A stretch of 63,610 nt of DNA, filler included, from Welwitschia mirabilis (GCA_051453625.1; 6 parts of one record of this genome joined end to end with filler, not necessarily neighbours in it), one strand, 5' to 3'; shown: positions 1-12,787, numbered from the whole stretch's first letter. Made by a program: numbers and translations. Notes: generated from the letters alone by a model not told the origin.

Positions 1-241
1 GTGCTACAGATAGAAGGATATTGAGTGACATAGAAATTGAATAGGCACATAGATATGTAAGTTTTAACATCCCATGCATTGAATCATATGTGATGTAAGT
101 TAATCAGAATTTCATCATTTTATTGTTGTTGTATACATTCTTAATTATAGTATATGTATAGTTAACACCTACAAGAAATTCATAGAGGCTTTTCATGAAT
201 GACAAAGTTTTCACAGCTTCGAATGCATAGAGATTACTTTA
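1..241 (+). pseudogene. CACTA/En-Spm TnpD (TNP2) transposase remnant, C-terminal part, two exon pieces
   Basis: Manual translation from base 3 gives ATDRRILSDIEIE*AHRYVSFNIPCIESYV, then a GT..AG intron, then HLQEIHRGFS*MTKFSQLRMHRDYF. This resembles the 'L..E...AH.YVLFN...V.PY' segment of CACTA TnpD. It runs into an N gap. Confidence 0.65.
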
Positions 242-1485
242 NNNNNNNNNNNNNNNNNNNNNNNNNNNNNNNNNNNNNNNNNNNNNNNNNNNNNNNNNNN
301 NNNNNNNNNNNNNNNNNNNNNNNNNNNNNNNNNNNNNNNNNNNNNNNNNNNNNNNNNNNNNNNNNNNNNNNNNNNNNNNNNNNNNNNNNNNNNNNNNNNN
401 NNNNNNNNNNNNNNNNNNNNNNNNNNNNNNNNNNNNNNNNNNNNNNNNNNNNNNNNNNNNNNNNNNNNNNNNNNNNNNNNNNNNNNNNNNNNNNNNNNNN
501 NNNNNNNNNNNNNNNNNNNNNNNNNNNNNNNNNNNNNNNNNNNNNNNNNNNNNNNNNNNNNNNNNNNNNNNNNNNNNNNNNNNNNNNNNNNNNNNNNNNN
601 NNNNNNNNNNNNNNNNNNNNNNNNNNNNNNNNNNNNNNNNNNNNNNNNNNNNNNNNNNNNNNNNNNNNNNNNNNNNNNNNNNNNNNNNNNNNNNNNNNNN
701 NNNNNNNNNNNNNNNNNNNNNNNNNNNNNNNNNNNNNNNNNNNNNNNNNNNNNNNNNNNNNNNNNNNNNNNNNNNNNNNNNNNNNNNNNNNNNNNNNNNN
801 NNNNNNNNNNNNNNNNNNNNNNNNNNNNNNNNNNNNNNNNNNNNNNNNNNNNNNNNNNNNNNNNNNNNNNNNNNNNNNNNNNNNNNNNNNNNNNNNNNNN
901 NNNNNNNNNNNNNNNNNNNNNNNNNNNNNNNNNNNNNNNNNNNNNNNNNNNNNNNNNNNNNNNNNNNNNNNNNNNNNNNNNNNNNNNNNNNNNNNNNNNN
1001 NNNNNNNNNNNNNNNNNNNNNNNNNNNNNNNNNNNNNNNNNNNNNNNNNNNNNNNNNNNNNNNNNNNNNNNNNNNNNNNNNNNNNNNNNNNNNNNNNNNN
1101 NNNNNNNNNNNNNNNNNNNNNNNNNNNATGTTATGATATTGGTTTAGGTAAATACTATACGTGGCAATGTTATTAAAAGTAAATAGAACATTAGGGGTGG
1201 TGCATATTTCTTTGGTTTCCATTTTACTATAGGTATGTTAAGCAAGTTGCTAAATTGTTTTTTTTATGCATTTTAGTATTCATTTTTACATTACTTTGTA
1301 GAATTGATTTATGAAAATATAAGTTGTAATTGAAAATATTAGTTAGAAAATCAAATTATATTGGATAATTTTGAAAAGAAGCATCATGTTCTTGATATTT
1401 TTTAAATAATTAATACATGCTAGTCTTAATTTATTTAATTGTAGTAACTAATATAACCTTTTTGACATAGATTTTTTTCTTTTAG

Positions 1486-4120
1486 GTATCCTCTAAATAT
1501 AAATATATACATTGCATATGTTGAGGGATAAAAGCCTTCTTATGGATATAAGAAAAAGAGGAGCAACTAGGGACGTGGAACCTTCTTACAGTATATGATT
1601 TACCAATAAGAATATTATTTTATCACTATACTTTACATGTTCATGTATCAAAACTAAGTTTTTTAGTTATAAATAGTTCTTTCTCTTCAAGTTCTAATAA
1701 TGTTAATGATTCTCCATGACAAGAGCAAAGAATATTTTAATACTATTCTAGGTAATAATAGATAGATATGTAAGAGTAGTTATTTCATTACTTTTTTTTC
1801 TTTTATTAACTAGATGTTTTATAACATATAGAAGAAGGTGGTATTATCTCCAATTCCACAAAAATAAAGAAATAAAAATGCCTTGATCCAGCTAGAATTC
1901 AGCTTAATGATAAGATACAACTAAGATGGAATGAGAAAGGCCCAATAGTTGGTCCAAATAGAGAAAAATTATCATCCTACTTAGGGAAAATAGTAAGGGA
2001 TAGTATAATTACATCAAAAAATTATAAGAATTGGAGGAAATTATCTAAGCATTTCAAAATTGATTTATGAGACATGGTTAAGGTATGTTATTATTTAATA
2101 ATTATTAAACACATGTAACTTGTGATTATTACGTCCCATTTTAATACATGTAAAACATATAGAAAAAATTTGAAGTGTTTGAAGAGAATAAGGACTTTGT
2201 ATTGAAAAATATGTGTAGACAATGGCAAGAATTAAAAAAATGAAGTGGTAAGGAAATTTTATGATGCTTATGATAATGATACATATAGGCTTGCACATGT
2301 TCCTGAGGGGTTTCAACCACTAAAACGGGAACAGATGTTGGCATACATTAGTTCAAATGAATGTCAGGTATGTAAGATGCATTTTAAGATTTTTAATATA
2401 AAATGCATTCTAAAAGAATTGTTAAGATATTTTTAACATTAAATTTTGCTATATGTTAATAGGAAATAAGACAAAGAAACAAATGATGCAAGAGGCAACA
2501 TGTTTTACATCATATCAGTTGATGAAAACCTATGGAACAAATAAAAGATATTGTGGTATAAAGTGTTGAATTAATAAGAAGAAATGTTTTTCTAATGTGT
2601 TGTTTATAATATTATAAATAATTATTATTATAGAGAGTTAAGATAGGTGATCTATTAATAATAATAGATCGTGTGAATGTATGAAAAAAGGTGTACGTTA
2701 GGACTAATGGATTGGTAGCTACATCACAAGCTATTAAAATTATTGTAAGCATTAATTACTTAAATTATAATACTCCAAACATACATTATTTAAATAAGTC
2801 CTATATCATTTACTAGAGAAGAAAGTGAATAAAGTGATTGAAGAGGAACTAAGGAGCATGTTAACTAATAAAAATGATTGTATTACATGTGTACTAGGTT
2901 TTGAGCATCCTAGTAGAGCTCATATTATCAGTAACTCTGTAAAAATGAAAAATTTATTTTTAAAGAAAACACCTTCTGTGATATCATATCAAGTTGTTCA
3001 TAAGTTAAATGAAATTAAAAAGAAGAATAAGGAATTTAAAATAAGTTATCAAGTGATGGAATAAAAAAATTTAAAAAATTACGAATATGTTATAACTAGT
3101 GGGTCTCATGGTATGAAAGCAACTTCATTTTTTGTAATGTTAATATACTTTTTATTATGAGTTCATACGATTTTAAAATTACAAAATGGAATTAGATTGA
3201 ACACACTCTAATTTGATAATGTGAATTCTTCCATGGTATAAAACACTGTCTCAATGAAGGTAATAGATAAATACATATTCTACTCTAAGTGACTTATTGA
3301 ATTAAAAATAAATAAATTCGTTTCTAACTTTCATCTTTTTCTAGTTCTATGAAGGTGAACCATTTGGAAGTAAAGATGGAAATTAGATTCAAATATGAAT
3401 TTCGTTCTAAATAGATCAAATGGTTTAAAACAAATTTATAGTCAAAAGGGTTAAACATATATTGCCTTATGTAAGTAATGGTTTATGTTATTTATTACAT
3501 CGCTAAAGTATTTCTTCTTTTTTCCAAGATGACACTATGTCACCTTATTAGTTGCTAGATATGTACAATAATGTTGTAGTAAAAGGATTAATTGTGGGAA
3601 GGAATTTCAATTTTATGCTTAATAATGAAAGCTTAAAAGAAGGATTCTTTATAGTTTCTCTAAACATAGTGAAAAATCCCAGAACACTATTAATAGTACA
3701 AGCAAAGTATATGACCACATTGAAGGAGGAAAAAGAAGAGGTTAGTACATAACCTTCATAATATGTTTAGGAAGTAACTAAATATTATTTTATTTTTAAT
3801 TACTCAGATAACATTCAAGTTTCACATTAATTAGTATGTTTGTTAACCATATGTAAGTTATGGATGGATCATCAAAAGTACCATCATCATCATTGAATAA
3901 AAATGCATTCTAAAGGATGATTAATGTAATACTATATCTATTAGGAGAATACTTTCAAATAACCCTATATCATTAGTTTATCATGCATTATTTTTCGACC
4001 ATGCTTACGAAGTTAAATTGGAAATTATTGCAATTTTGGTGCTGAGTTATTTACAAGATAAGTTTCATAATGACTCTTGCTGATGTTGGAATTAATGGCA
4101 TTACATCTTAGATAATAAAA
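1486..4120 (+). pseudogene. CACTA ORF2 (TnpA-like; Ptta/En/Spm and Tnp1-like domains), multi-exon, degenerate
   Basis: AG..GT-bounded exons. 1832-2082 reads IQLRWNEKGPIVGPNREKLSSYLGKIVRD..NYKNWRKLSKHFKIDL*DMVK. 2163-2367 reads KKFEVFEENKDFVLKNMCRQW..RKFYDAYDNDTYRLAHVPEGF. ~3530-3770 reads LLDMYNNVVVKGLIVG..FFIVSLNIVKNPRTLL..TTLKE..ST*P. These are typical CACTA ORF2 motifs carrying stops and frameshifts. Confidence 0.75.
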
Positions 4121-4149
4121 TATACTATAATCATTTAACATTCTATGTG

Positions 4150-5900
4150 ATAGTGTACTCTTTATTGAGAATTTCTAAAACATTGAAACCATGTAAGACT
4201 TGTGTCTTGGATAATTGTTGAATGTGAAGATTACCCTTTTTTCCCCATAGATCCATTTATTTTGTTCATAAATGTAACTCATAGATGTTTATGAACCCCA
4301 TGTCCCACTTTGAAGGTTGCTTTTAAAAATCTTATTTGTCAATGTTGCATCTAAAATTAATGAAATCTAGCGATTCTAGAAATTTATTACACAAATGTTG
4401 GTTGTTGATTAAAAGGGAAGTTTTAAGTGCCTAGTTAGATGATGGATAAACTATAAGTATGCATACACTTATTTTGTATATGTTGAATACCATTTCATTT
4501 GCCCCTTCTGTTGCCTATATGGAGGTGCATTACCTCTCAATGTAACTTACTCTTAAAAAACGTATCTTTATCTTTCACAGAGTGCAAGCATACTTTACTT
4601 TTCTTATTTTCAAGTTCTGTTGGCTCTTTCATATTTATACATGCTAGCTAGTGTTTTATCTATGAGTTGGATCATCTAATTGCAAGGAGTCAAATGAATA
4701 ATCATTTGTGCATCTTTTAAATGCATTCTACTAGAAAAAACTATAAAATATAGCTCATATGTACACAAAATTTCTAAAGATGTTCATCATAACCATCTTG
4801 AGATTGTTCTTTCATCTTGATTTACCTCTTTATTTATCTCTTGATTTTTAATCCTAATGCATGGCTATTCTTTCTTGTAGGGATTTGCATATCATTTGCC
4901 ATTGAGTGCTTTGTATTCCATTTCATAGGTAATGTTATGTTAGAATAAGCTTCATTCACCTCAAAGACATTTTATGTTAGAACAACATATATAGTTCTCA
5001 CATTCTTGTATTGATTGCCTATCTTAATCTTTCATTGCAACTTGCTTGCTTATTTATCTCATCATATGCTTGATTTCAATCTCGATGTTTCTTAGAATCA
5101 ACATGTCATCAACATACAATAGCAAGTTAATAAATTTACTAAGGTACTACTAGAGAAGTAAACACAATGTTTTGACTAACTTGCTTCAGCATGATAACTT
5201 CCTCATGAAGGTATCAAATTTCTTATGCCATTATCTTCAAGCTTATTTCCAACTATAAAGATTCTTCTTAAAACTACAAATAAGATTAGGCTATTGCTTA
5301 TCTTCATCCAAATCATCATGCAATAAAGTAGTATTTATATCTAAGTGTTCCCACTCTAAGTCTAAAAAGATGATAAAATAAAGAATGAAGTGTATAGAAT
5401 CTTGCTTCAGAACATGAGAAAATATTTTATAAAATCAATGTATATCTTTGACATGAATCCTTTGACTAGCAACCTAACCTTATAGTACTTTTGTTAATTT
5501 GCCTCGCTTTTTAGTCTGAAAATCAATTACCTATACAAGATCTTAGTACCCTTTAGTAACTTCATTAGTTTCCATGTTTTGTTTTATTCCAAAGATTCTC
5601 ATTCATCCTTCATGATTAATTTCCACTTGTTAGCATCAACATATAAAAATGCTTATTCTATTATCTCATGTTCTCCACCATCAATGTAAAGAACATAACA
5701 TAAGAATCAATAACATATGTTAGCAATACGAGATAGTCTAGTGAAGTGCCTTTGTTAATGAGATGTGTTTTTAGATTCTAACTGCTCTTCTTGCTCCTTT
5801 TCCTTATTACTAGAAGAAGTCCTGTCAATTTCTAAATCTATGGCTTTCTATTATGACAAGATGTCTTACCTCTTCCTCTATTTTGATTTCATCACTCAAC
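4150..5900 (-). mobile_element. Ty1/copia RT-RNase H remnant inserted in the CACTA
   Basis: Minus-strand translation gives NKWKLIMKDE*ESLE*NKTWKL, YYKVRLLVKGF, LDLEWEHLDINTTLLHDDLDE, KKNLYSWK*A*R*WHKKFDTFM and LLLYVDDMLI (YVDD near 5105-5120). An RNase H-like ATEGANEM lies near 4490-4515. Boundaries are approximate. Confidence 0.8.
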
Positions 5901-5913
5901 TTACAATATGTCC

Positions 5914-6562
5914 AATGAAATTTCAATGGAATTAGGTAGCTTGACAACTTTTTAAATCATGAAATTCCTTTGATGAGTGACCAATTTGTTGGATAAAATA
6001 ATAGTAATTTCTCTATTACATCTAGTGCCTGAAATATATGAGCTATTTGATGACATAATTTTACTTTTAGATGAGCAGATTATTTACCAAGAACCCCGTG
6101 AACAGGTCCTTGAGTTCTTCGATCAATGGGTTTTAGGTGCCCACAATGAAAGGGTGCTCCAAATTCTTACAGGAGGTATGTAATGCATAATGTGATTAGT
6201 TTTTAGAATGCATACTGTCTAAGACTATTTGATGTTCCAATAAGCCTCTTTAACTATTTTTCTTGTTGTGCCTATTCATTCAGGTGACCTTCAGAAAAGA
6301 CCAGCAATAATACTGGGCACTTAGAGATTAGGCTTATTGATACATTCCTATTACAAAATTTGGAGAAGCCTTTTAGTCCTTTCATGTTGAGGTCAAACTT
6401 GTAGAAGAGCTTTCTTTTTCATGTGATAAGAAAAGGAGTCATCCTACTACTTTGACAGCTACCAGATATGGAGTGAGTAAGTAAGAACTCTTCAAAGCCT
6501 GCTTTAAAAGACAATTGTTTTTCATGAAACACAATTCCTTTGTTCTCTTTAAGGTCTTTCAA
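5914..6562 (+). pseudogene. ABCG/PDR full-size ABC transporter fragment (end of NBD1 plus next exon)
   Basis: Exon 5914-6175 reads NEISMELGSLTTF*IMKFL**VTNLLDKIIVISLLHLVPEIYELFDDIILLLDEQIIYQEPREQVLEFF, then frameshifted SMGFRCPQ*KG..FLQE. A GT..AG intron spans 6176-6283. Exon 6284-6562 reads VTFRKDQQ*YWA..YIPITKFGEAF*SFHV..SHPTTLTATRYGVSK*ELFKACF..MKHNSFV. These match PDR motifs DEISTGLDSSTTFQI, ISLLQPAPETY and VTSRKDQ.QYW. Confidence 0.92.
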
Positions 6563-7108
6563 GTAGAGAACTTGTTTACATATTTAATTAAGTGGTTTAT
6601 TGCAATATACTATGCCTTTTGCTATGTATGCCTTTTAATTAACTGCTAACAAGTCATATAGATCAAAATAAGTACTCAATGGAATTACTAAAGATTATAA
6701 AAATATAGAACACACACAAAATAAAATACAAGAATGCTTGACCACAATTGAAGGAACATCCAGCAATAAAAGAAGATGTTAATAATAAGCTAAGGATTGA
6801 GTGAATTACCAAGTGTATTAGTTGGAGGTCTTTTCTATCACTCTGATTTGAGATATAGTNNNNNNNNNNNNNNNNNNNNNNNNNNNNNNNNNNNNNNNNN
6901 NNNNNNNNNNNNNNNNNNNNNNNNNNNNNNNNNNNNNNNNNNNNNNNNNNNNNNNNNNNCTTTGTGTTTTTGCATTCTTTGGGGAGCCTTCTTTCTGTCT
7001 ACTTGCATGTCATTCATTAAATTTCCATGTTTGTATGCATTGCACCTTGTAGATATAAGAGAGTATGTGGTGGCATGGATATGCTGATTTCTATTTGCTT
7101 GATTGTAG

Positions 7109-7722
7109 GAAGCTTGGCACTCATGGATGCTGGCATTGCATTGGAGGATCATGTTGCAGGGCTTTCAATGGGGTTGATTACTGAGGTCGATTCTTCAACA
7201 GGCACAATAAAAGATTATCGAATTCTGACTGATATACTTGTAAGCTAAGCTTTTGACATTTCATTTCTTAATTGATAGAACTCATGAAGTCTATCAATTT
7301 TTTCTAATTTGTTTATTATCACATTGTTGAAATTTGACTAGGGTTTAGAAGATCATTTGGGAGATATGGATTTCAAGATCGCTGGTACAAGGAAAGGTGT
7401 AACGTCAATACAGTTGGACATAAAACCTGCTGGCATACCTCTTGAAATTCTTTGTGAGTGTCTTGAACCTGCTTTGGTAGCCCGTACAAAGATCTTAGAT
7501 CACATGCAAGATGTTATACCTCAGCCTCGAAAAGCTAAACAAAATTCTCCTCGAATAGGTAACTTCTGAAGTGCTTGGCTGATTGATGCTTCTATCATTT
7601 ATTCTTGTTTCTGATGCATATGCTGAAAATGTATGCAGCTTCCATGAAAGTGACTGTAGATGGGCTATCACGCCTTATTGGACCCAGTGGAACACATATC
7701 CGGAAATTGGAAGAGGAAACAG
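7109..7722 (+). CDS. PNP2: Polyribonucleotide nucleotidyltransferase (PNPase, mitochondrial PNP2-like), three intact internal exons: 7109-7239, 7342-7558, 7639-7722
   Basis: Canonical AG/GT sites with compatible phases. The spliced protein is [121 protein letters not shown], covering the RNase PH2 active-site motif DxxGDMDFK and the KH GxxG loop. No stops. Only part of the gene is present. Confidence 0.93.
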
Positions 7723-9091
7723 GTGTGCATTATCTTATTATAGTTGATGAAAATGTTGGAGTTAGTATGTCCTAGTGATGCTGGACCTAATATTGAAGTA
7801 AAATAATTTCCACAAGTTTTCTACATAGTTTGCTCCATTTTCTTTTTCTTCTTGTTTCTTTTCATGTCGTTGTTAAGGGTGAAAATAATTCTTTAAAGTT
7901 ACCAAGACAACCAGCAGAATGTCTTATTAGCAAATATATATAATCTCTGACTGCAATATGTCACAACCTTTGGGGATTCAATCTGTTTATCTGCTGTGCT
8001 TAGTCATGTGAGAGAAGGGCCATTCGGTCATGTGAGAGAAGGGCCATTCAGATTTCATATCATAAGTATCATATTGCAAGCAAAAGACTTGACAAGTGAA
8101 GTACACAAATGCTTCACTTTTGTATGTATCTTGTGAACAATTGATCTCACATGCCTCTGGCCTTTACAAACTTCACTAGGCTCAAATCAACATGATAGAT
8201 AGCTGTTGATATTTAATTGTCAGTTATGGTTTTAAAACTGTGAATGAACTTTAGGAGCCAACACATTCCATAATCAAGCCATGACGTGCAATTTTAAGAG
8301 CAAAAGAAGCTTATGCTGGAAATATGTAGCACTAGAAATCTAACCAATAACAAAGTTAAAACTATATAACAGACAAAGATACAAATAAAATAAATAGTAA
8401 GGGAGTCTGTCATAAAAATATATGCTGACATGGACAAATATATCTGCTTGTAGGGAAATAGCATTTGGCATGCATTAGTAAAGAAGATTTTAGACAAGTT
8501 CCAAGGAGGCAAGGAGAATCGAATGCTCTAAAACCAATATGAAAGCAACATAGTCTTTTTCATGGATAAAGTAAATGGAAATGGGAGGAGGTAGATTGGG
8601 TATAAGCAAACATGGAATTACTGAGATTACAGAAATACAAAACACACATAGAATAAAAATATAAAAATGCTTGAGCACAATTAAAGGAACATCTAGCAAT
8701 AAAAGAATATGTTAATAATAGGTTGAGGATTGAGTGAATAACCAAGTGTATTAGCTGGAGGTCTTTTCTATCACTCTAATTTGAGCTATAGTAGACATTT
8801 TGAAAAGCCAAGGGGAAAAAGGGTACATTCACTTGGTTTCTTCCATGAAGAAGCTCAAATTTTCATGGAATTACCACTTTAAACCATTACTGTATTTGCT
8901 TGTTTGATTTGGACTTCAGATAAAATGTTATCACCATAAAAGCACTAGTTTTGCATATCTCGTTCACATATGCTTTTAAGGACTTCCAATATGGCATATT
9001 AGTTCTATAGGAATATGATGCCTTTATCTATTATTATCTCAAAGATAGTGTTTGATTGATATTATTTCTATTCTAATTATTTCTATTCTAG

Positions 9092-9174
9092 GTTCATATA
9101 TTACTATAAATTCTAATGGTGTTATCATAATATTGGTGAAAGACCAGTCTATGTTACAAAACATAGTTGAAAAG
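9092..9174 (+). pseudogene. PNP2: Next PNPase exon (KH domain end), apparently diverged
   Basis: ttctag|GT TCA..GAA AAG|gtaagt is phase-compatible with 7722. It reads (G)SYITINSNGVIIILVKDQSMLQNIVEK, which resembles the PNP2 'GARxSxxxGxxTIVAKNQxVMxKAxEK' segment. No S1-domain exons were recognised downstream. Confidence 0.7.
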
Positions 9175-10689
9175 GTAAGTGCTTTTCCCCCTCGGTTTTC
9201 TAAAGGTATACATGATTCTTAACGCTAAAAGTATACATAGTCCATTATTTTTCTATCCTTTTTCCCTTAAACAAGTATGACTGGCCTTTTAACATACCAT
9301 TTCAAGAAAGTAAACATCATAGATCATGTAATGTCCTAGAATTTCTAATGGATCTAGTACATTCTTTAGATGCTAAGTCCTCTAGTATTTAATGATAATA
9401 TAGAAATGAAAGTTGTGACATATGTACTTTTGATTAGATCATGGAAAAGTTGTATTCTAATTATTGATATTTCATACATCACAAAGGAGGAATTAAGTAT
9501 TTTTTAAATTACATGATTTTCTTTATCTTCTTGAAAATATAAAATTTAATGAACTATCATGTACCTAATTTATTTACTTAGATTACTGTCTGTGAAAAAA
9601 TTAATTTAATCTATAGTTAGATGAAAGAAAGACATCATTTTATTCTCTGATGAAATATCCATGACAAAAGAAAATATACATATAAATCTAATGTTTAAAT
9701 GATTCTTGTAAAAGATGAAAAAAAAGTAACAAGAAAAAATAAGGGGAAGAAAAAGAAAATGCTATGGCTGTTGATTCATTTACTATCTTCTTTCTTCTTT
9801 GAGTGTAAAATGAAATGCTTGTGTTAATTAATCGACTTAGATGTCTTTTAAAGAGAATTTCATCTCCATTATTATTAGGTTATAGCCTTCATTCTTCTGC
9901 AAGAAGGTAAAATAGTAAACAAAGGAACTATTTATTTTCATTTTCTATAGCTATCTATGAATAAAAATTATAGAGAAAAACAAGGATAAAGGGCATGTCA
10001 CCTCTTCCATTAGAAGGAAAATGCTGCCACTGTTTAGATTTTGACACTACCATTAAGGCAGAAGGCCATTATAGAAGGAAAATAGATAGGAATCCCTCCC
10101 TTATAGAATAAAAATGGGCATTAATGCTAAGAGAGTGGCCAATGACATAAAAAATGGCATTGTTTCCCAAATAATAGAGCTTCAATCAAATAATAACCCT
10201 ACAAATATCAAACAAAGAAGAAAATAAAAATAAAAATGAATATACTTGATAAATAGAAGAAAATGGGAATACTAAATCTTTGATTCCATGGAGGGTGTTC
10301 TCTAATAGTATGAGCCAAATCCGTTAGGGGGTGAAATAGAAAATAAGAGGAATGGTTTTCCTTGAGGATTGTTTTGGATTTGGGAGAGAAGTATCTCTTG
10401 GCATTGACATGCTTCTTATATCACATCTATTACCTATATTCCCCTTGAGGGTGTACAATCATTAAGCATTTTGTTTGATGGTTTGGAAAACCAAGTAATG
10501 TCCTCTTTTATTAGGTTTCATCTATCTCGATTCTTTTGTATTCTATTTTATGTTATTTCTATTGTTTAGATCTTGAATTATCACATATGTTTAGCTCTAC
10601 TTTTTGAATGTATGTCATGGATGTTAGCAGAATGAAATGGATACTAAATGCAAAATTGCAAATTCATTTAATCCTAAGATATGCCTTAG

Positions 10690-11050
10690 GAAGAGAGCAT
10701 ATGATATAGTGCTAGAACTACTATTAGAAAATTCATAATCCATGCACTTTCCTCAATCCATGCATATAATAAATCTTTTAAGTAGAATCTAGTGTATTTG
10801 TGGATCCTTCAGTATACAAAGTTTCAATAATTCATGGATTTCTTAGTAAGGTGTTCTTTTACATAGCAGATTTAAATAATAGAGATGGGTTGATGAGGTA
10901 AGGGTAGCTTATTGTTTACATTTATTTTATTTTTGAAACAAGATCAACATAAAAGGTGTAGAACAATAACATGAAAGGGAACTTTAACTATGCATATGTG
11001 ATTTATGTAAAATATCTAAATCAAGACATGCTGGAAATATCCAATGATGT
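10690..11050 (+). pseudogene. Probable Ulp1-like (peptidase C48) exons of CACTA ORF2
   Basis: With frameshifts it reads FLNP..YNKSFK*NLV..VDPSVYKV..FMDFL and, after an intron-like gap, INIKGVEQ*H..NFNYAYVIYVKYL. This is reminiscent of the PYN..HW.L..ID..V..DSL and PQQ..DCGYYVM.YM motifs. Very degraded. Confidence 0.4.
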
Positions 11051-12690
11051 GTATGCTTATATAACGCTTGATTTAATTATTGTTAAAAACTTACTCTTTG
11101 ATGTGAAGCAAAGATGGGAATGAAAAAGGTTGTGATGGTTCTTCCTGAGAAAGATCATAACATTCATGTTCATTTCTACTTGTGTAAATTAGTTAATGTA
11201 TTTGTGGTTATAAGCTAGTTAATAATCCATTTTTTTTCAATTTTATTGTACTGATGCTTCATAGAGACAAGACCTGATATTTGTTAAGTTGAATACACTG
11301 ATGTATTTTATTTGGAAAATAAGATTGACTTGTTATTGTTGGTCTAACCCTAATTGTAGAAGCAACTTTACAAGAAGTATTTAAAACATGGAAGTTAAAT
11401 AAACCATTAATACCCCATGTGATTGATAGAATCCATCCCTAAGATGTGCTTCAAAGGTGGTATGTCAGTCACAAAGTGATATACAATATGATGTAGGCTT
11501 TATAGCTGATACTTAGCAAAAATAGGCTAGAAGTCTTAAAACATTAAAAGGATGCATTTTGGATTACGAAAATTGTTAACCATAATAATGAAATATTCAT
11601 AATTAGAATAATCATGACTAATAGGATTGACAAATGGATGTAAGTGATTGACAAATTACCATAAGAAGAAATAGGGTATAACTTGTAAAGAGTTCCAAAA
11701 GTTCTATTAAAAGTAAAATAAGATGTCTGATTATCTCATTTCATCTCTCTTATAATACTTTCATTGAAGAATATGCAAAATTAACTAGTTTAATGATGAG
11801 AACCCCCTGAGATTATATTGCTAAGATGTCCATAGGTGGTAATTCCTCATTTGACTTCTTTTTATGCATCTTTCATTGAAACAGGGATTTTCATTTTCTC
11901 TGGTATATGGACCAGGGCTTCCTTTTTGTTTATTTTACATGCTCTAATGTTTTTTTCTGACAGCATCTTCTCACGGCATGCCTTTTCTCTCTTGTTTAGT
12001 GTAAGATAATATCTAGGTATTAAAAAAATTTATAAATTTGTTTAATAGGATTTGTTGTTAGATGTTGCTACATTAATTTAACTATTTTCTTTAATAGTCT
12101 ACTTAAAATTAAAGAAGAGAAAAAGATCATTTTTAAGGAATTTGTCTACAACTAATGAGACTATTATTAAAATGCCAAAAAATGCTTACTTATAACTTTA
12201 AGAGAATTATCTATAACTCAATCTCCCTCAATATTGTCATTTACAAAAAAAAAAAAAAAAAGAAATAAAGAAATAAAGAAATAAAGAAAAGACAAAGTGA
12301 ANNNNNNNNNNNNNNNNNNNNNNNNNNNNNNNNNNNNNNNNNNNNNNNNNNNNNNNNNNNNNNNNNNNNNNNNNNNNNNNNNNNNNNNNNNNNNNNNNNN
12401 NTTATTAAAATGCCAAAAAATTCTTAATTATAAATTTAATATTATTATATATAAATCAATATCCCTCAATTTTGTCATTTAAAAAAAAAAAAAAAAAAAA
12501 AAGAAAGAAAGAAAGAAAGAAAGAAAGAAAAGACAAAGTGAAATACTACATCAAAGAATTATTTGTATGGTTTTTCTGATCAGTATGTTAAGGGAATGGA
12601 TGAACATCGAAGACCATAGATGAAATGAGGCATACATAAATCACGTAAATAATGCATAAATCATGTTTTTTTTTTTTTTTTTTTTTTTTT

Positions 12691-12701
12691 TAACCGTAGT
12701 G
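12691..12701 (-). mobile_element. Candidate 3' CACTA terminal inverted repeat
   Basis: taaccgtagtg is the reverse complement of CACTACGGTTA. It follows a poly-T tract and short cataaatca(c/t)g repeats, downstream of the CACTA ORFs in the expected orientation. The 5' TIR is outside the window. Confidence 0.5.
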
Positions 12702-12787
12702 ATCCTTTTGAGATTAAAATACCTAAGGATTTTAAGGCTTTAANNNNNNNNNNNNNNNNNNNNNNNNNNNNNNNNNNNNNNNNNNNN

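Noticed and set aside
166..180. cacctacaagaaatt resembling a CACTACAAGAAA TIR
   Set aside because: It has an extra C and lies inside the TnpD reading frame (HLQEIH).
199..1222. Long ORFs in the ORF track here and at 27756-28798, 41239-42182 and 58783-59253
   Set aside because: They consist almost entirely of X residues translated from N gaps.
8003..8049. 23-bp direct duplication in the PNPase intron
   Set aside because: An ordinary small tandem duplication with no evidence of function.
10265..10444. Possible MITE with gggaata/tattccc ends
   Set aside because: The inverted repeat is too short and there is no convincing TSD.
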